A DNA stretch of 64,000 bases from Eledone cirrhosa (lineage: Eukaryota). Below the pieces are notes generated by a model. That model searched no databases. It saw only the letters and a list, made by a program, of their open reading frames with translations, and was not told the DNA's origin. The translations under genes were made by a program, and so were the position numbers. Shown here one piece after another: positions 12,211 through 25,874 of this stretch (positions are counted from its first letter, which is position 1; each line of letters starts with the position of its first letter). The stretch lies in the NCBI GenBank assembly GCA_964016885.1, contig OZ024754.1, forward strand, positions 33,914,001 through 33,978,000, written 5' to 3'.

Positions 12211-13181
12211 TAAGTCATGATAGAAGGAGGCAGGATTTGAACTCAGAATTCACAGAGCTAGATCAGATAGCACAAAGCATCGTGTCTGACTCCTTAACAA
12301 TTTTGCCAATGGTGGTGAATTGACAAAGTCATTAGGTGTATCAGATTAAATGCATCTGTATTTGTTCCAGCTCTTTGCTCTGTGTTCACATTTTGCTCTT
12401 CTACTAGTTCCAATAATGATAGTAGCTGTGATGTTATTAATGATAGCGAAGGTGTTGACATTAATATCATTGCTAATGATATTGGTGGTGGCGTTTATGG
12501 TGATGATTGTCATGATGGTGGTGATGGTGTTCACATTGGATATGGTTGATGATGATGATGGTGGTGGTGTTTATGATGATGGTGGTGTCACCATTGTCTA
12601 AACACTGATACAGTTGCTGATGATGGTGTTGATATTGTCTAAACATTGATACCATTGCTGCTACTGGTGTTGATGTTGTTATTGGAGGTGACTAAACATT
12701 GATTCCATCACTGCTGCATCTGAAACATGAATAAATCAACAAATAAACAAACAGTACAAACATCAGCAACATTTCACTTAGTTTGATAACATTGAAAACA
12801 TACTGCAACTTTAATCCTTTACCATTTACATTACTCTATATTTACTTTTGTATTTTCACAGTAAAGGCTTTATCTCACATAATATCTAATCTATGAGATT
12901 TTGATATTATTTATTTTATCAAAAATATCGCACTGTACCAGCAGGTGCTTGAGCAGGTCAGGGACCTGCATCTTACTTATAAAAATGTTTCTACACTCTA
13001 TCAGTGCATTATATCATGGCACCAGCACTAGAGAGGCTATCAAGTTTTTGACACTGTCGTAGAGCCCTCCTGGCCCTTTGTCTGGCAGATTTTCTACATC
13101 TTGATGTCCTTCCTATCACCAACCACTTTACAGAATCTACTGCGTGTGTTTATCATGTAAATCATCAACACAATGCACACT

Positions 13182-13222
<41 letters not shown>

Positions 13223-13559
13223 CATACACACTACTTAACTTTTTTTGTGACCATATTTCTAATCAAATACACACCATTTCAATTCATTAATGAAGAATTT
13301 TGAAGGATTTACTAAAATTATACCCATATTTTCCAGTGAATAAGATACATTTTTCAAACAAAGATTTGGTGTGAAAATTAGCCTGTTGCTTACATGCCAA
13401 TGGTGTTCTTTTTTTCTTTTAATGGTTTCAGTCATTAGACTACGGTCATGCTGGGACACCACTTTGATTTAGTCGATCACATTGATCATAATTTTTTTTT
13501 TTTTTTTCAAATCTGCTATTTATTTTATTAATCACTTTTTTAATGAACTGCTAAATTTC

Positions 13560-13880
13560 ATGTAATGGGCTTCTGCAGTTTCTGTCTACCAAATTCCTTG
13601 AAGACACAGTAGTTCCAGTTGCGTGTACAATGGAATAGCCTGCTTGTGAAATTATCATGTAATTGGCTGAGTATTCCACAGACATGTGCATCTTTAACAA
13701 GGTGTGTGACAAGGCTGGCTATTTGAATTACAAGTACAACTAATTTTTCCCAGCTGAGTGGACTGAAGCAACATGAAATAAAGAGTCTTGCTCAAGGATA
13801 CAATGCACCACAGGGAATTGAACTCATGACCTTCTGATCGTGAGTCAAACACCCTAACTACTAAATCACGTGCCTTCACA
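13560..13880 (-). mobile_element. CORE-type SINE, third body type
   Basis: tRNA-like head and CORE on the minus strand; body related to 54290-54720. Confidence 0.65.
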
Positions 13881-13924
13881 GTGCTACTGTTTGTCCTAAG
13901 GTGCTTTTAGTATTATTATATATC

Positions 13925-15617
13925 GGGTTTGTGTCAGGCAAAAGTACCACAGACGCTCTTTTCATAGTACGACAACTACAGGAGAAGTTCCTAGCTAAAG
14001 GTAAACCCCTCTACTTAGCTTTTGTCGACTTGGAGAAAGCCTTCGACAGAGTCCCCCGCTCCATTATCTGGTGGGCTCTTAGAAAACTAGGCGTTGACGA
14101 ATGGCTTGTGAGGGCTATACAAGCCATGTATAAAGAAACAGTCAGCAAGGTTAGAATTAACAACGAATATAGTGAAGAGTTTAGCGTAAAAGTTGGCGTC
14201 CATCAGGGCTCTGTTCTCAGCCCCCTACTATTTATTATTGCCCTTCAGGCTATAACAGAGGAGTTCAAGACAGGCTGCCCATGGGAACTCCTATACGCAG
14301 ACGACCTGACACTCATAGCGGAATCAATGGCCGAGCTAGAGAAGAAATTCCAAACATGGAAGCACGGCCTAGAGTCAAAAGGACTTAAAATTAACCTGGC
14401 TAAGACCAAAGTTCTAGTTTGTAGGAAAGAAAACAAGGCGGCGGTCCCTTCTGGGAAATGGTCGTGCTCGGTGTGTAGGAAAGGCGTAGGTAGAAACTCC
14501 ATTTTATGTCCTAAATGCAAAGTATGGGTGCATAAAAGATGTAGTGGGATCACAGGTAAGCTAACTAAGAACATAGATTTTACATGTGGCCGGTGTTCTG
14601 GTGCAATAAGTAGCAGCAAGTGCCCACAAAATACTAGCTCTTTCAATTGCGCAGAGGGTTCTATAGAAATAGTGGACAGCTTCCGTTACCTGGGCGATAA
14701 AATCAGCAGTGGGGGAGGGTGCTCTGAAAGTACTGTAGCTAGAGTCAGAACTGGTTGGAAAAAGTTCAGAGAGCTTATACCACTATTAGCTGCTAAAGGG
14801 TTCTCCCTAAAAATGAAAGGCAGGTTGTACGATGCCTGCACACGAACAGCAATGTTGCATGGCAGTGAGACCTGGGCATTGTGTGCAGAGGATATACGCA
14901 GACTAGAGAGGAACGAAGCCTGCATGCTCCGCTGGATGTGTAACAGTAATATACGTGAACGGCAAAGCATAAACGAACTAAGGAAAAAATTAGAGATAAG
15001 AGGGATCAGATGTTGTTCACTCGAGAGAAGGCTACGTTGGTATGGACACGTGATGCGCATGAAAGTCGATAGCTGTATAACAAAGTGCAGGGCAATAAAG
15101 ATAGACGGTAGCCACGGAATAGGCAGACCTAGAAAAACCTGGGACGAGCTGATAAACTCCGACCTCACACACTTACACCTCTCCAAGACAATGTCACTGG
15201 ACCGAGACCTTTGGCGGTACTCAGTAACAGAGAAGACCCGCCTTGCCAGTAGGCATCTCTAACAAAATACACCCCGTCCCGCCACCACCCCCACCCATCC
15301 ACACCACCCCGTCCTATGTAAAGTTATGTTGGTGTCGCGCCATCCAGGCCGAAACAAATGAGATCGTGTAGGTGTCACGACAAAAAAACACACAGTCCAC
15401 GCTGTAATGTGGCCGTGTAGGCAACACGGTAAAAACCTCCCAGACCCACACTGTAAATGTGGTTGGTGTTAGGAAGGGCATCCAACTGTAGAAAACCTGC
15501 CAGACAGTCCTATGCGAGCAAGACAATCACTCTTGCCTCAAGTGGGACTACCCCCGTCCAAACCCATGCAAGCGTGGAACACGGACGTTAAACGTTGATG
15601 ATGATGATGATGATGAT
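13925..15617 (+). mobile_element. Young 5'-truncated RTE LINE with an uninterrupted RT/PHD/C-terminal reading frame
   Basis: Open frame to stop at 15262 with FVDLEKAFDRV, GVHQGSVLSPLLF, LLYADD, FRYLG and RLRWYGHV; 3' UTR; (GAT)n tail at ~15595-15617. Confidence 0.95.
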
Positions 15618-15721
15618 GGGAAACCTATCTTGTGAGAGCTTCTCATGTTATAACCGAGAACCTACAAGAATTTCTCGGGTCATATCTGAGAACCTATAAG
15701 AGCTGCCCATTAATTCCCATT

Positions 15722-15920
15722 AAGGCGGTGGATTGGCAGTATCTGTAGAGGGTCGGACGCCATGCTTTGCAGCAAAGAGCCTCTATGGCCCTTTATGGTC
15801 TGAGTTCAAATACCGCCGCGGTTAACTTTGCCTTTCATCCTTACAGGGTCGATAAAATAAAGTACCAGTAATACACTGGGATAATTGCTGGCCTTGTGCC
15901 AAAAGTAGAAACAATTATTT
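15722..15920 (+). mobile_element. Meta-type SINE, full length
   Basis: GGCGGTGGATTGGCAG...GAGTTCAAAT...GCCTTTCATCCTTACAGGGTCGATAAAATAAAGTACCAG; flanked by a TTCCCATTA direct repeat. Confidence 0.8.
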
Positions 15921-16642
15921 CCCATTACAGAAATTATTCCTAGAAGAAAGAGCAAGATCAGATTCCAGAGAAGTTGTTTTATTTTCCACTTACACCTTGG
16001 AAGCATTGCAAGAGTATAAGCCAATGTGAGTACATGATTCATTTTTTATCTCATTGACCTCTGACCTCAAACAAAGAAAGGTAAATATGTACTTAGCAAG
16101 ATTTGAACTTAGAATGCATGTATAGTCCTGTAACTCCTGAGAGAGTCATAGGGGCGCCATATTGACATGTCATTTCTTGGGCATTTTAAGCCTGGCAGAG
16201 CCCTTCCCTCTCCAGTCCTGAGTACAGCAGATTTCTTCCAGAAAGAGGGAGAATCAACCCCAGTACTAGACTGGTACTTTTTTTATAGACCTCAAAAAGA
16301 TGAAAGGTAAAGATGGCTAAAAACAGACAAGACAGTTTTCTCCAGCTTATTAATGGTTCTGTTATCTTCACTGGCTAACATATAAGTGTAAACTAAGGAG
16401 ATGAGAGAGCAGAATGAACTGGTGAATGAGCTACACACAGTGAAAATATATGTATGTGTGAATTGATGGTAGCTGCAACAAATAAATGCAAGTGCATAAA
16501 ATATAACTACATTGTGTGTGTGCATTGTTCTTACCATTTAGTTGCTGTGTTGACCGGACATTGTTAAACCCTAGAGAAAGAGATAATAGCTCAATTTCAA
16601 TTGACTCAAATGTGGTGGTAATGAAGCAAAACAGATGAAATA

Positions 16643-16835
16643 TGAAGGTCAGCTGTAAAGTTCATAGGCTGACTAGGAAGGAGTGATGCTAGAGCTGTGA
16701 AATCTTGCATACATTAATTTCAACTCCTCTTATTAATAACTGTATTGTTTCTTTCCAGAGACTATGTTGAAAAATATACCCCATTTAGTCATTCCATGAG
16801 AGTATCTTGGTCAGCCTATGAACTTTTCAGCCAAC

Positions 16836-16840
<5 letters not shown>
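16643..16840. mobile_element. Tc1/mariner-type MITE
   Basis: TA-flanked TIRs TGAAGGTCAGCTGTAAAGTTCATAGGCTGAC / GTCAGCCTATGAACTTTTCAGCCAACCCTTA; same family at 24990-25170 and 53985-54183. Confidence 0.8.
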
Positions 16841-16875
<35 letters not shown>

Positions 16876-16906
16876 GTAGAGCACTCAGTCCATGGGACGA
16901 GTTAGG

Positions 16907-17049
16907 TAGAAGTGGTTACACAACAGTTAGTTCACCATACCGAGAACAATTGTTTCACCTTAGCGGATCCTCAACTCGTAATGTCTAGAGGATCCGTTGA
17001 GGTGAAACAATTGTTCTCGGTATGGTGAACTGTTGTGTAACCACTTCTA
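16907..17049. repeat. Inverted repeat (~60 bp arms) between (TA)n tracts
   Basis: TAGAAGTGGTTACAC...GGATCCTC mirrored by GAGGATCC...GTGTAACCACTTCTA. Confidence 0.85.
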
Positions 17050-17289
17050 TATATATATATATATATATAATGTAGGAGGTGAGTTTTATTGTAGTACAAT
17101 AAAGCAGTGCAGATATCGGATAAGAAGCACTCTACAGTTTGTAGGACTGGAGTATACATAATATAAGATCAAAAGATGGTTAAAGGAGTTCCATGTATTT
17201 TATTATGCGCATTTCAAAATATGTTGATATGTTGATTTAAAACTGAACTATCCACAAGTGTTTTTTAGCCTTCATATCATGTCTTCCTG

Positions 17290-17356
17290 TTTTATCTGAT
17301 GAAAACACAAATATTATTGCACGATGATATTTGTTTTTGAAATGCGCATAATAAAA
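17290..17356 (+). ncRNA. Minimal type I hammerhead ribozyme-like motif (in inverted repeat 17161-17393)
   Basis: Stem I TTTTAT/ATAAAA; CTGATGA 17296-17302; long AT-rich stem II; GAAA 17339-17342; palindromic stem III ATGCGCAT; AUA triplet ending at 17350. Confidence 0.7.
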
Positions 17357-17388
17357 TACATGGAACTCCTTTAACCATCTTTTGTTCT

Positions 17389-17434
<46 letters not shown>

Positions 17435-17437
<3 letters not shown>

Positions 17438-17705
17438 GTAAATTATATTAGATGATAATATGACAATAAGGTATTCAGATATTTAACGCACAAATATGTT
17501 TATCCAGATTAGAGAAAGGTATTTCAGAGGAAAATCCAGTTGCTGTACTTCCGTTCATCTTAGATTTATAATCACAGAGCATACATTAATATACATTGGT
17601 TGAAGTGACAAAATTACATTTTTCGCTTCAATCAATATAGTATACACACATATCGGTCAGTAATTAAACACCTTTTATATGTTATATATAATTAATCCTG
17701 ATGAT
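17435..17705 (+). mobile_element. Penelope-like terminal-repeat fragment, truncated at CTGATGA by an RTE tail
   Basis: Homologous to 1915-2220, starts at (TA)n, ends AATCCTGATGATC. Confidence 0.45.
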
Positions 17706-18224
17706 CGTGTAGATGCCATGGAAAAACAAAAAAGCACCCACCACTCACTGTAAATGTGGTGGGTGTTAGGAAGGGCATCCAGCTGTAGAAATCAAGCCAG
17801 AATCAGTTCCCGTATGAGCAAGATAAGGTCAGCCGACTGGGATATTGAAAAGAATATCATCATCACCGTTTTACGTCCGTTCTTCCACGCTAACATAGGT
17901 TATATATATAGATTAATATATATAAATAGATTAATATATATATATATATGAAGTATTTCCGTAGGAAGGGTAAAGGAAAGGAGAGTGCTCTATGTATGCT
18001 ACAGAACTTTTAATTATGTAACATAATACAATTATTCCATTTACCAAAGACAGGCGAGCTCAACAGAGACATCTGAAATCGTTCATCAGAATAAAAATTT
18101 TAATATGGATGTAAGATATGAAATTAAAAACAACGGCTAGCTTTCAAGTGTAATAGTCTTTGTTTTTAATTTCATATCTTTATAATTATAATAATTACAT
18201 ATATATGTAGACCATTATATATAT

Positions 18225-21002
18225 CATCATTATCATCATCATCATCATTTTACGTCTTGCAAGGGTGGGACAGGTTCTATTCAGCGCAGCATCTCTCCAC
18301 CGTGAGCTTCAGCAATCTGAGGTCTGCTCTCACCACCTCCACCCATGTTTTCCGTGGTCTACCTCTACCACGTCTTCCTTCAACTGGCATTTCTTGGCAC
18401 TTCTTCACCCATCGGTCATCCTCCATGCGCATCACATGTCCATACCATCGCAGTCTCCTTTCCCGCACACTACAATTTATCCCTCTCAGACACAGTTTCT
18501 CTCTCAACACATCCATGCTTGGTCGTTCACGCACATCCAACAGAGCATGCTAGCCCCATTTCTCTCCAGCCATCGCATATCCTCTGCAGTTGCTGCCCAT
18601 GTCTCACTACCATGCAGCATCGCGCACCTCACATAGGCATCATATAACCGGCCTTCCGTACGCAGGGAGAAACCCTTCTTTCTCAGCAGCTTCCTAAACT
18701 TCTTCCAACCCATCCTTATTCTAGATACTAAGGCCTCAGAACCCCCCTCCCATGCTAATCTGATCACCTAGGTACTGGAAGCTATCAACCACTTCTATAG
18801 CACCCACCTGCATTTGAAAAATGTGTCTATCAATGCGACTTCTACTGTCAAATTTCCTTGTACATCTACTGCATACGTATTTCTCCCTACGTGTTAGTTT
18901 GCCTGCTGTCCCAGTACATCTCTTGTGCACCCAAGATCTGTATTGTGTACATTTTATAGAATTTATGCCAGTTCCTTTTCTGCATATAGAACATGGCCAT
19001 TTTCTCGACGGAATCAGAGTTTTTCCTCTTTTCTACTCATCAACACTTTTGTCATAGCTAGGTTCACTCTCAATCCTCTTGATTACAACTGCTGTTTCCA
19101 TAGCCAGAATTTATTCTTTGGCTCCTCTACTGATTCTGCTATAAGAACCAGATCGTCAGCATAGAGAAGTTCCTATGGACAGCCAGTCTTAAACAAGAGC
19201 GGGCTGAGGACCAAACCCTGATGTACTCCTACTTGTATCTGGAATTCCTCACTAAACTCCATTCCTACCCTCACAAGCCATTCCTCAACAACTAGTTTCC
19301 TTAGGGACCACCAGATGACAGATGGGGGTACCCTATTAAAGGCCTTACCTAGGTCAACAAAAGCTAAGTATAGTTGTAATTGTCTCACTAAGAAGAGTGC
19401 ATCTGTTGTACTTTTTCCAGTTTGACCCTTTCTCTAATTAGTTGTGCTAATATCCTTTCTGCCACTTTCATAACCTGATCCATCAGTTTTATGCCCTATA
19501 ATTTCTCCTCTCCAGAGCATCCTCTTAACCTTTGTAGCAATTTATGAGAATACTGCTGCACCAGTCTTTGGGTATGACACCACCATATATAGAATGATTG
19601 ATGATGCGTGCAACTAGTTTAGTGCCTACGTCCCCTGATGCCTTCAGTATCTCAGCAACTATCCCCAACGGTCCAGCGGCCTTACCATTTTTCATTTCCT
19701 TAATCGCTTCTTGGACCCTATATTCGTCAATCTCAATAGCTGGTTCCTCTGTCGGATCTACTGGAGGTAATTTCTCTCTCTCCCATTCGTTCTCCACATT
19801 CATCAGTCTCTCATAATGACATTTCCAGGCCTCCCTTTTCTGATCATTCATGACACTAAGTACACCAGCATCATTCCGGACACATTTATCTCCAACAACA
19901 TCCTGATTTGCACTGACACACTGCCTTGCAATGCGGAACACCGCCCGTCTTTGATCCTCCCATCGCAGAACATTGGCAAACCTCCTACTCTCAGCCTCCC
20001 TGCGTGCTAAGTATACCTGATGTCTAGCTTCTCTCTTAGCGGCTGTATACCCTTCTCTACTCCCATCATTTTTCCAAGCATTCCATGCTCGTCTTTTGTC
20101 TCTAATGGCCCTATCTATCGTGCTGTTCCACCACCAGGTCACTCTCTGTCTGGTTGAAGCTCTGCTCCAGCCACAAGTTTCTTCAGTAGTAAGTTGTCAT
20201 GTAAGAAATTCCAGTTATCATCTATGTCATACAACTCCAAATCGTCTTCTTTTTCGTCATACACATCTTGAAGGGCTTTGTATTTGTATTTTAGTGAGTC
20301 TTTTAGTTTCCAGACCTTTCTTCTCCACACCTTCCTGTATATCTCCTTCCGTCTCTTGCTTACTGAGATATCACTAACGACTAATCTATGCTGTGGGGTA
20401 CATTCTTCCCCAGAGTATGCCTTGGTATTTGACACCATCTGCCTGTCCTGCTGCCTAACTAGCAAGAAGTCAATCTGGCTTATGTGCTCGCCTGATTTGT
20501 AGGTTATTAGGTGGTTGGCAGTTTCTGGAAGTTAGTGTTGCACATGGTTAGTGGACTTACATCACAAAATTCAAGAAGCCTCACTCCTTCTTCATTTCTT
20601 GAGCCGTAATGTACCCCAGTGTAACCATCCTGGAGCTGTCCAACATGACCATTGAAGTCTTCTGCTAGCATAACAATGTCTCCGTCCTCTGTCATTGCAG
20701 CTGTTTGTAAAAGTTGCTCGTAAAAGCAGTCTTTCTCTTCTTTACCTAGGCCTGCTTGGGGAGCATAGGCAGAGATGATTGTCAGTAGTCTCCTGCCTAC
20801 AACTAATCTAAGCTTAATTATTCTATTACTAACTCGAACTACCGCTATTGTCTTATTGATCCATCTCTCAGTCAGGAAAATGCCTACTCCCCCCTAACCC
20901 ATCATCATTACCCACCTTGAAAAGCTTATAACTAAGATGTTTGCCTGCGATTAGTCTTGCAGAGGCACCTCTCCATCTCACTTCTTGCAATCAGCACACA
21001 TC
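18225..21002 (-). mobile_element. Near full-length decayed RTE LINE (AP endonuclease, RT, PHD)
   Basis: LQEVRWRG, ISAYAPQAG, EDFNGHVG, QHRLVV, TWWWN, FVDLGKAFNRV, GVHQG, PHD remnant HKRC..VCSRC and RLRWYGHV, with many frameshifts and stops; (GAT)n tail at 18225-18248. Confidence 0.93.
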
Positions 21003-21558
21003 AAATGTTGTGTTCTGGAGAGGAGATTGCGTTGGTATGGACATGTGATGAGTATGAAGGACGACAGCTGTATAAAAAAGTGTAGGTAGGGCAATGAAAA
21101 TTGATGGAAGCTGTGGAGTGGGTAGACCAAGAAAAACCTGGGACGAGGTGATAAAAACTGACCTTGCCCACCTACACTTCTCTAAAACAATGACACTGGA
21201 TCGAGACCTTTGGTGCCATGCAGTTGTACAGAAGACCCGACTGCCATTGCATAAAAAACTACAGTCTGTAGGCACCTCTTAACTCAATGTACACCCCACC
21301 GCCCCCCTCTCCGTTCCGGCCACTGTGTCGATGACACTACAGTCCACACTGTAAAGTGGCCGAGTAGGAGACATGGTGAAAAGGCTCCCAGTCCACACTG
21401 TAAATGTGGTTGGTATTAGGAAGGGCATCCAGCTGTAAAAAAACCTGCCAGAGATACTTCTGTGAGAGCGAGACATGGTCTCCCGCATCAAATGGAACAA
21501 AACCGTCTAACCCATGCTAGCGTGGAAGATGGACGTTAAACGATGATGATGATGATGA
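20999..21558 (+). mobile_element. RTE 3' fragment (other subfamily), head-to-head with the preceding LINE
   Basis: IKCCVLERRLRWYGHV...GRPRKTWDEVIK, 3' UTR, (GAT)n tail. Confidence 0.9.
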
Positions 21559-22602
21559 TATATATATATATATGTGTGTGTGTGTGTATATGTATGTATA
21601 TATGAGAAAGTGCATGTATGTGTATATGCATGAATGAATATATAGCTACACGTACAGTTGTGTGCAAAGTTATACACACATGAGTGCACGTGTGCGTGCA
21701 AATCAATATCTACCTTTTAAATTTCAATGATTTCTTATGTGTGTCCGTTTATAAACAACTTCTTAACTTAATCAGTTTAGCTGTCTACAAATTACCCGAT
21801 AATTTCATGAGCGATCTCCCTTTACCCGCTGGACAGAATCACCCCAGGAATTTTTGTTAAATTCGTACACAGACAGATTTGAAACCAAGGTTGCCTCTGC
21901 TGTTTCAAATTTAAATCTCTACTGTTCGGAGAGAATTTTAGTCAAGGCACAACAACTTCCTTTTTTCATAATTTTGTCCACGTACCTGAATGAAGGGCCA
22001 GTTTAAAATTGCCTCCTCCATTAAACAGTGGTGGCATGGCTGGCCCCCGAAACCAATGGTGGCACATACATGTTAAGTGTATGAAACTTTGTTTATACTA
22101 AGTAAGCTCTCTTCCAACAGATTGAACACTGTGACAAACGTGTTTTTCTCTTGTCCTCCCATTTATTGTAATGGCTTACATATGTTAACACGATATCTTA
22201 CTTTCTTCTTCTTGCTTTTTTTCTTCCTTTTTTCTTTGTTTCATTCGTGCTATAAGAGGCACCATGCATTTTCCCTGACATCACACAAAATTCTGTGTTT
22301 TGAAGCTTAATTGCTATAAATTAATGTTTTGTCTCTCGTCTTTTACTCCACTGGACAGCATTTGACTTATGTCAAACACTGTGACCCCAGATAGACCAGC
22401 AGTACCGTTGGTAGAGGGCAAAATTGCCCAAGTCCATCTCAACAGCTGATGACCATGGAGTTTTGTGCCCTTTGTTTGTATATTTATTTTAAAAAAATAA
22501 TTTTTTAAGGCTTCCCTTTAAAAAATTGTTTTTCATTTTGTTTTGTTTCTGTTTGTTGTCTTGTCCTTTCTTTGTTAATTTTCTTCAGTTTATATATATA
22601 TA

Positions 22603-23418
22603 TCATCATCATCATTGTTTAACGTCCATCTACCACGCTTGCATGGGTTTGGACGGGAGTTTTCCCACTTGAGGCAAGATTTGTTGTCCTGCTCGTATAG
22701 GACTGTCTGGCGGGTTTTCTACGGCTGGATGCCCTTCCTAACACCAACCACGTTTACAGTGTGGACTGGGAGGTTTTTACCGTGTTACCTACATGGCCAC
22801 ATTACAGCGTGGACTGTGTTTTTTTTTTTGTCGTGACACCTACATGACCTCATTTGTTTCGGACTGGATGTTGTGGTACCAACATAACTTCACATTTAAG
22901 GGGGTGGTGTGGATGGGGTGGGGGTAGTGGGACGGGGGTGTGTGTGTGTGTGTATTTTGTTAGAGGTGCCTACTGACTGTAGGTTTCGCTTTGTACTTAG
23001 GCAAAGCAGGTCTTCTGTATGACTGTGTAGCGCCAAAGATCTCGGTCCAGTGACATTGTCTTGGAGAGGTGTGTGTGAGGTCGGAATTTATCAAGTCGTC
23101 CCAGGTTTTTCTGGGTCTGCCTACTCCGTGGCTACCATCTATTTTGATCGCCCTGCACTTTTTTATACAGCTGTCGTCTTTCATGCGCATCACGTGACCA
23201 TACCAACGTAGTCTTCTCTCGAGTAAACAACATCTGATCCCTCTTATTCCTAATTTCTCACTTAGTTCGTTTATGCTTTGCCGTTCACGTATATTACTAT
23301 TACACATCCAGCGGAGCATGCAAGCTTCGTTTCTCTCCAGTCTGCATATATCCTCTGCACACAATGCCCAGGTATCACTACCATGTAACATTGCTGTTCG
23401 TATGCAGGCATCATACAG
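22603..23418 (-). mobile_element. RTE LINE 3' fragment
   Basis: LYDACIRTAMLHGSDTWAL...RLRWYGHV; close to the 13925-15617 copy. Confidence 0.92.
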
Positions 23419-23432
23419 CCATACACACATAT

Positions 23433-24455
<1,023 letters not shown>

Positions 24456-24526
24456 TTACTGAAGGTTTCAAAAAACGAGATGGTTCTTGAGAGGTACATC
24501 CATATAATTTGTCAGACAAGATAATT

Positions 24527-24599
24527 ATTTTGTCTGACGAATGAACTGGATGTTCCTCTCAAGAATGATCTAGGTTCTTGAAACCTTCGGTAATGAAAT
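24527..24599 (+). ncRNA. Type I hammerhead ribozyme-like motif (in inverted repeat 24454-24595)
   Basis: Stem I ATTTTGT/ATGAAAT (two G-U pairs); CTGACGA 24534-24540; stem II GAAC-TGGAT../..ATCTAG-GTTC; GAAA 24580-24583; stem III ACC-TTC-GGT; GUA triplet ending at 24592. Confidence 0.65.
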
Positions 24600-24744
24600 A
24601 ATTATATTGTGTTGTTTATTATGTAATTAGATAGCTCTGTACAATACATAGAGCACTTTTTTTTTTCCTTTACCTTTTCTACGGAAATACTTAACACATA
24701 TATATATATTCTTCGGATTTTGGTCTTCGTAATTATTATTACTA

Positions 24745-24962
24745 TATCATCATCATCATCATACGTCCGCTTTTTCCCTGCTTGCAAGGGTGGGACGGGA
24801 ACTGATTCTGGCTTGATTTCTACAGCTGGATGCCCTTCCTAACACCAACCTCATTTACAGTGAGTGCTGGGTGCTTTTTTTCTGTGGTGCCTACACGGCC
24901 ACTTTACAGTGAGTGCTGGGTGCTTTTTTGCCGTGCACTAACCACTAAGCTATGTGCCTCCA
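24745..24962 (-). mobile_element. Internally deleted tripartite SINE
   Basis: RTE-type tail joined directly to the first ~25 nt of the tRNA head. Confidence 0.7.
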
Positions 24963-24989
24963 TATATATATATATATACACACACACAA

Positions 24990-25170
24990 TGGTCAGCTGA
25001 AAATTGCATAAGCTGACTATGAAGGATTGATGTTAGAGCCATGAAATCTTGCATACATTAATTTCAACTTTTCTTCTGAATAATTGCATTGTTTCTTTCC
25101 AGGGACTATTTTGAAAAATAAACCTCATTTAGTCATTCCATGAGAGTATCTTGTCAGCCAGCCCTCGTAT
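24990..25170. mobile_element. Mariner-type MITE, decayed copy
   Basis: Homologous to 16643-16840. Confidence 0.7.
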
Positions 25171-25754
25171 ATAGCAGTCATAGTACAACCATATTGTGGT
25201 AGATATCAGAATGGATCCCCATATTATTGTACTGCAGTCAGGGTTTTGTTTGCCTGGGTATTTAATACCCCATATACACTGTGTGCCTTCTTCTCCTAGT
25301 TATGCACTCCATACTCCTAACTAAAATAATTTCAACTTACAGCTTAACAAACAGAAAAACCTAGCTTTTGACACCTCTTGCTCTGCCCACACTAAGAACA
25401 TTATTGAGTTTGCATTTTCACATTCACCCACACTAAATCATCAAATAGTTCATAACATCATACAACCCTCCCACCCCACTTTAGATATTTCCCCAATGTT
25501 GTTACATGAGAAAGATGTTTAGTGATTTTTTTTTATTGGTTGTAGGAAATTATTCTATATGAAATTGAATCATAGAAATTTAGATAAAACTGTGATCCTT
25601 TAATATTCAGTGTTCGGTCTCTCCGAGGTCTGTGCCCTAAGCAACTGCCAAGTTGTATCATTTCTGAGTGTGTGGCAGAAATAGCATCATATTGCGGTAG
25701 TGCACACCATTGATATCAACAGGATTGGCATGGTGCATTTCACACTGCATGGCA

Positions 25755-25776
25755 TTAACATAATTTTTCTTGGCAT
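25755..25776 (-). CDS. Possible terminal coding exon of the host gene (..SDSE-CQEKLC*)
   Basis: TTTATTATCCATGATAG|A TGC CAA GAA AAA TTA TGT TAA is phase-2 compatible with the donor at 29914; non-repetitive sequence follows with AATAAA near 25535. Weak evidence. Confidence 0.2.
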
Positions 25777-25874
25777 CTATCATGGATAATAAATTTAACA
25801 CAACCTTACCAATCTGATCAAATATTAGTTTAACTCCTATCATCCTATAATGATTTAGCAGAAGATATCTTAAA

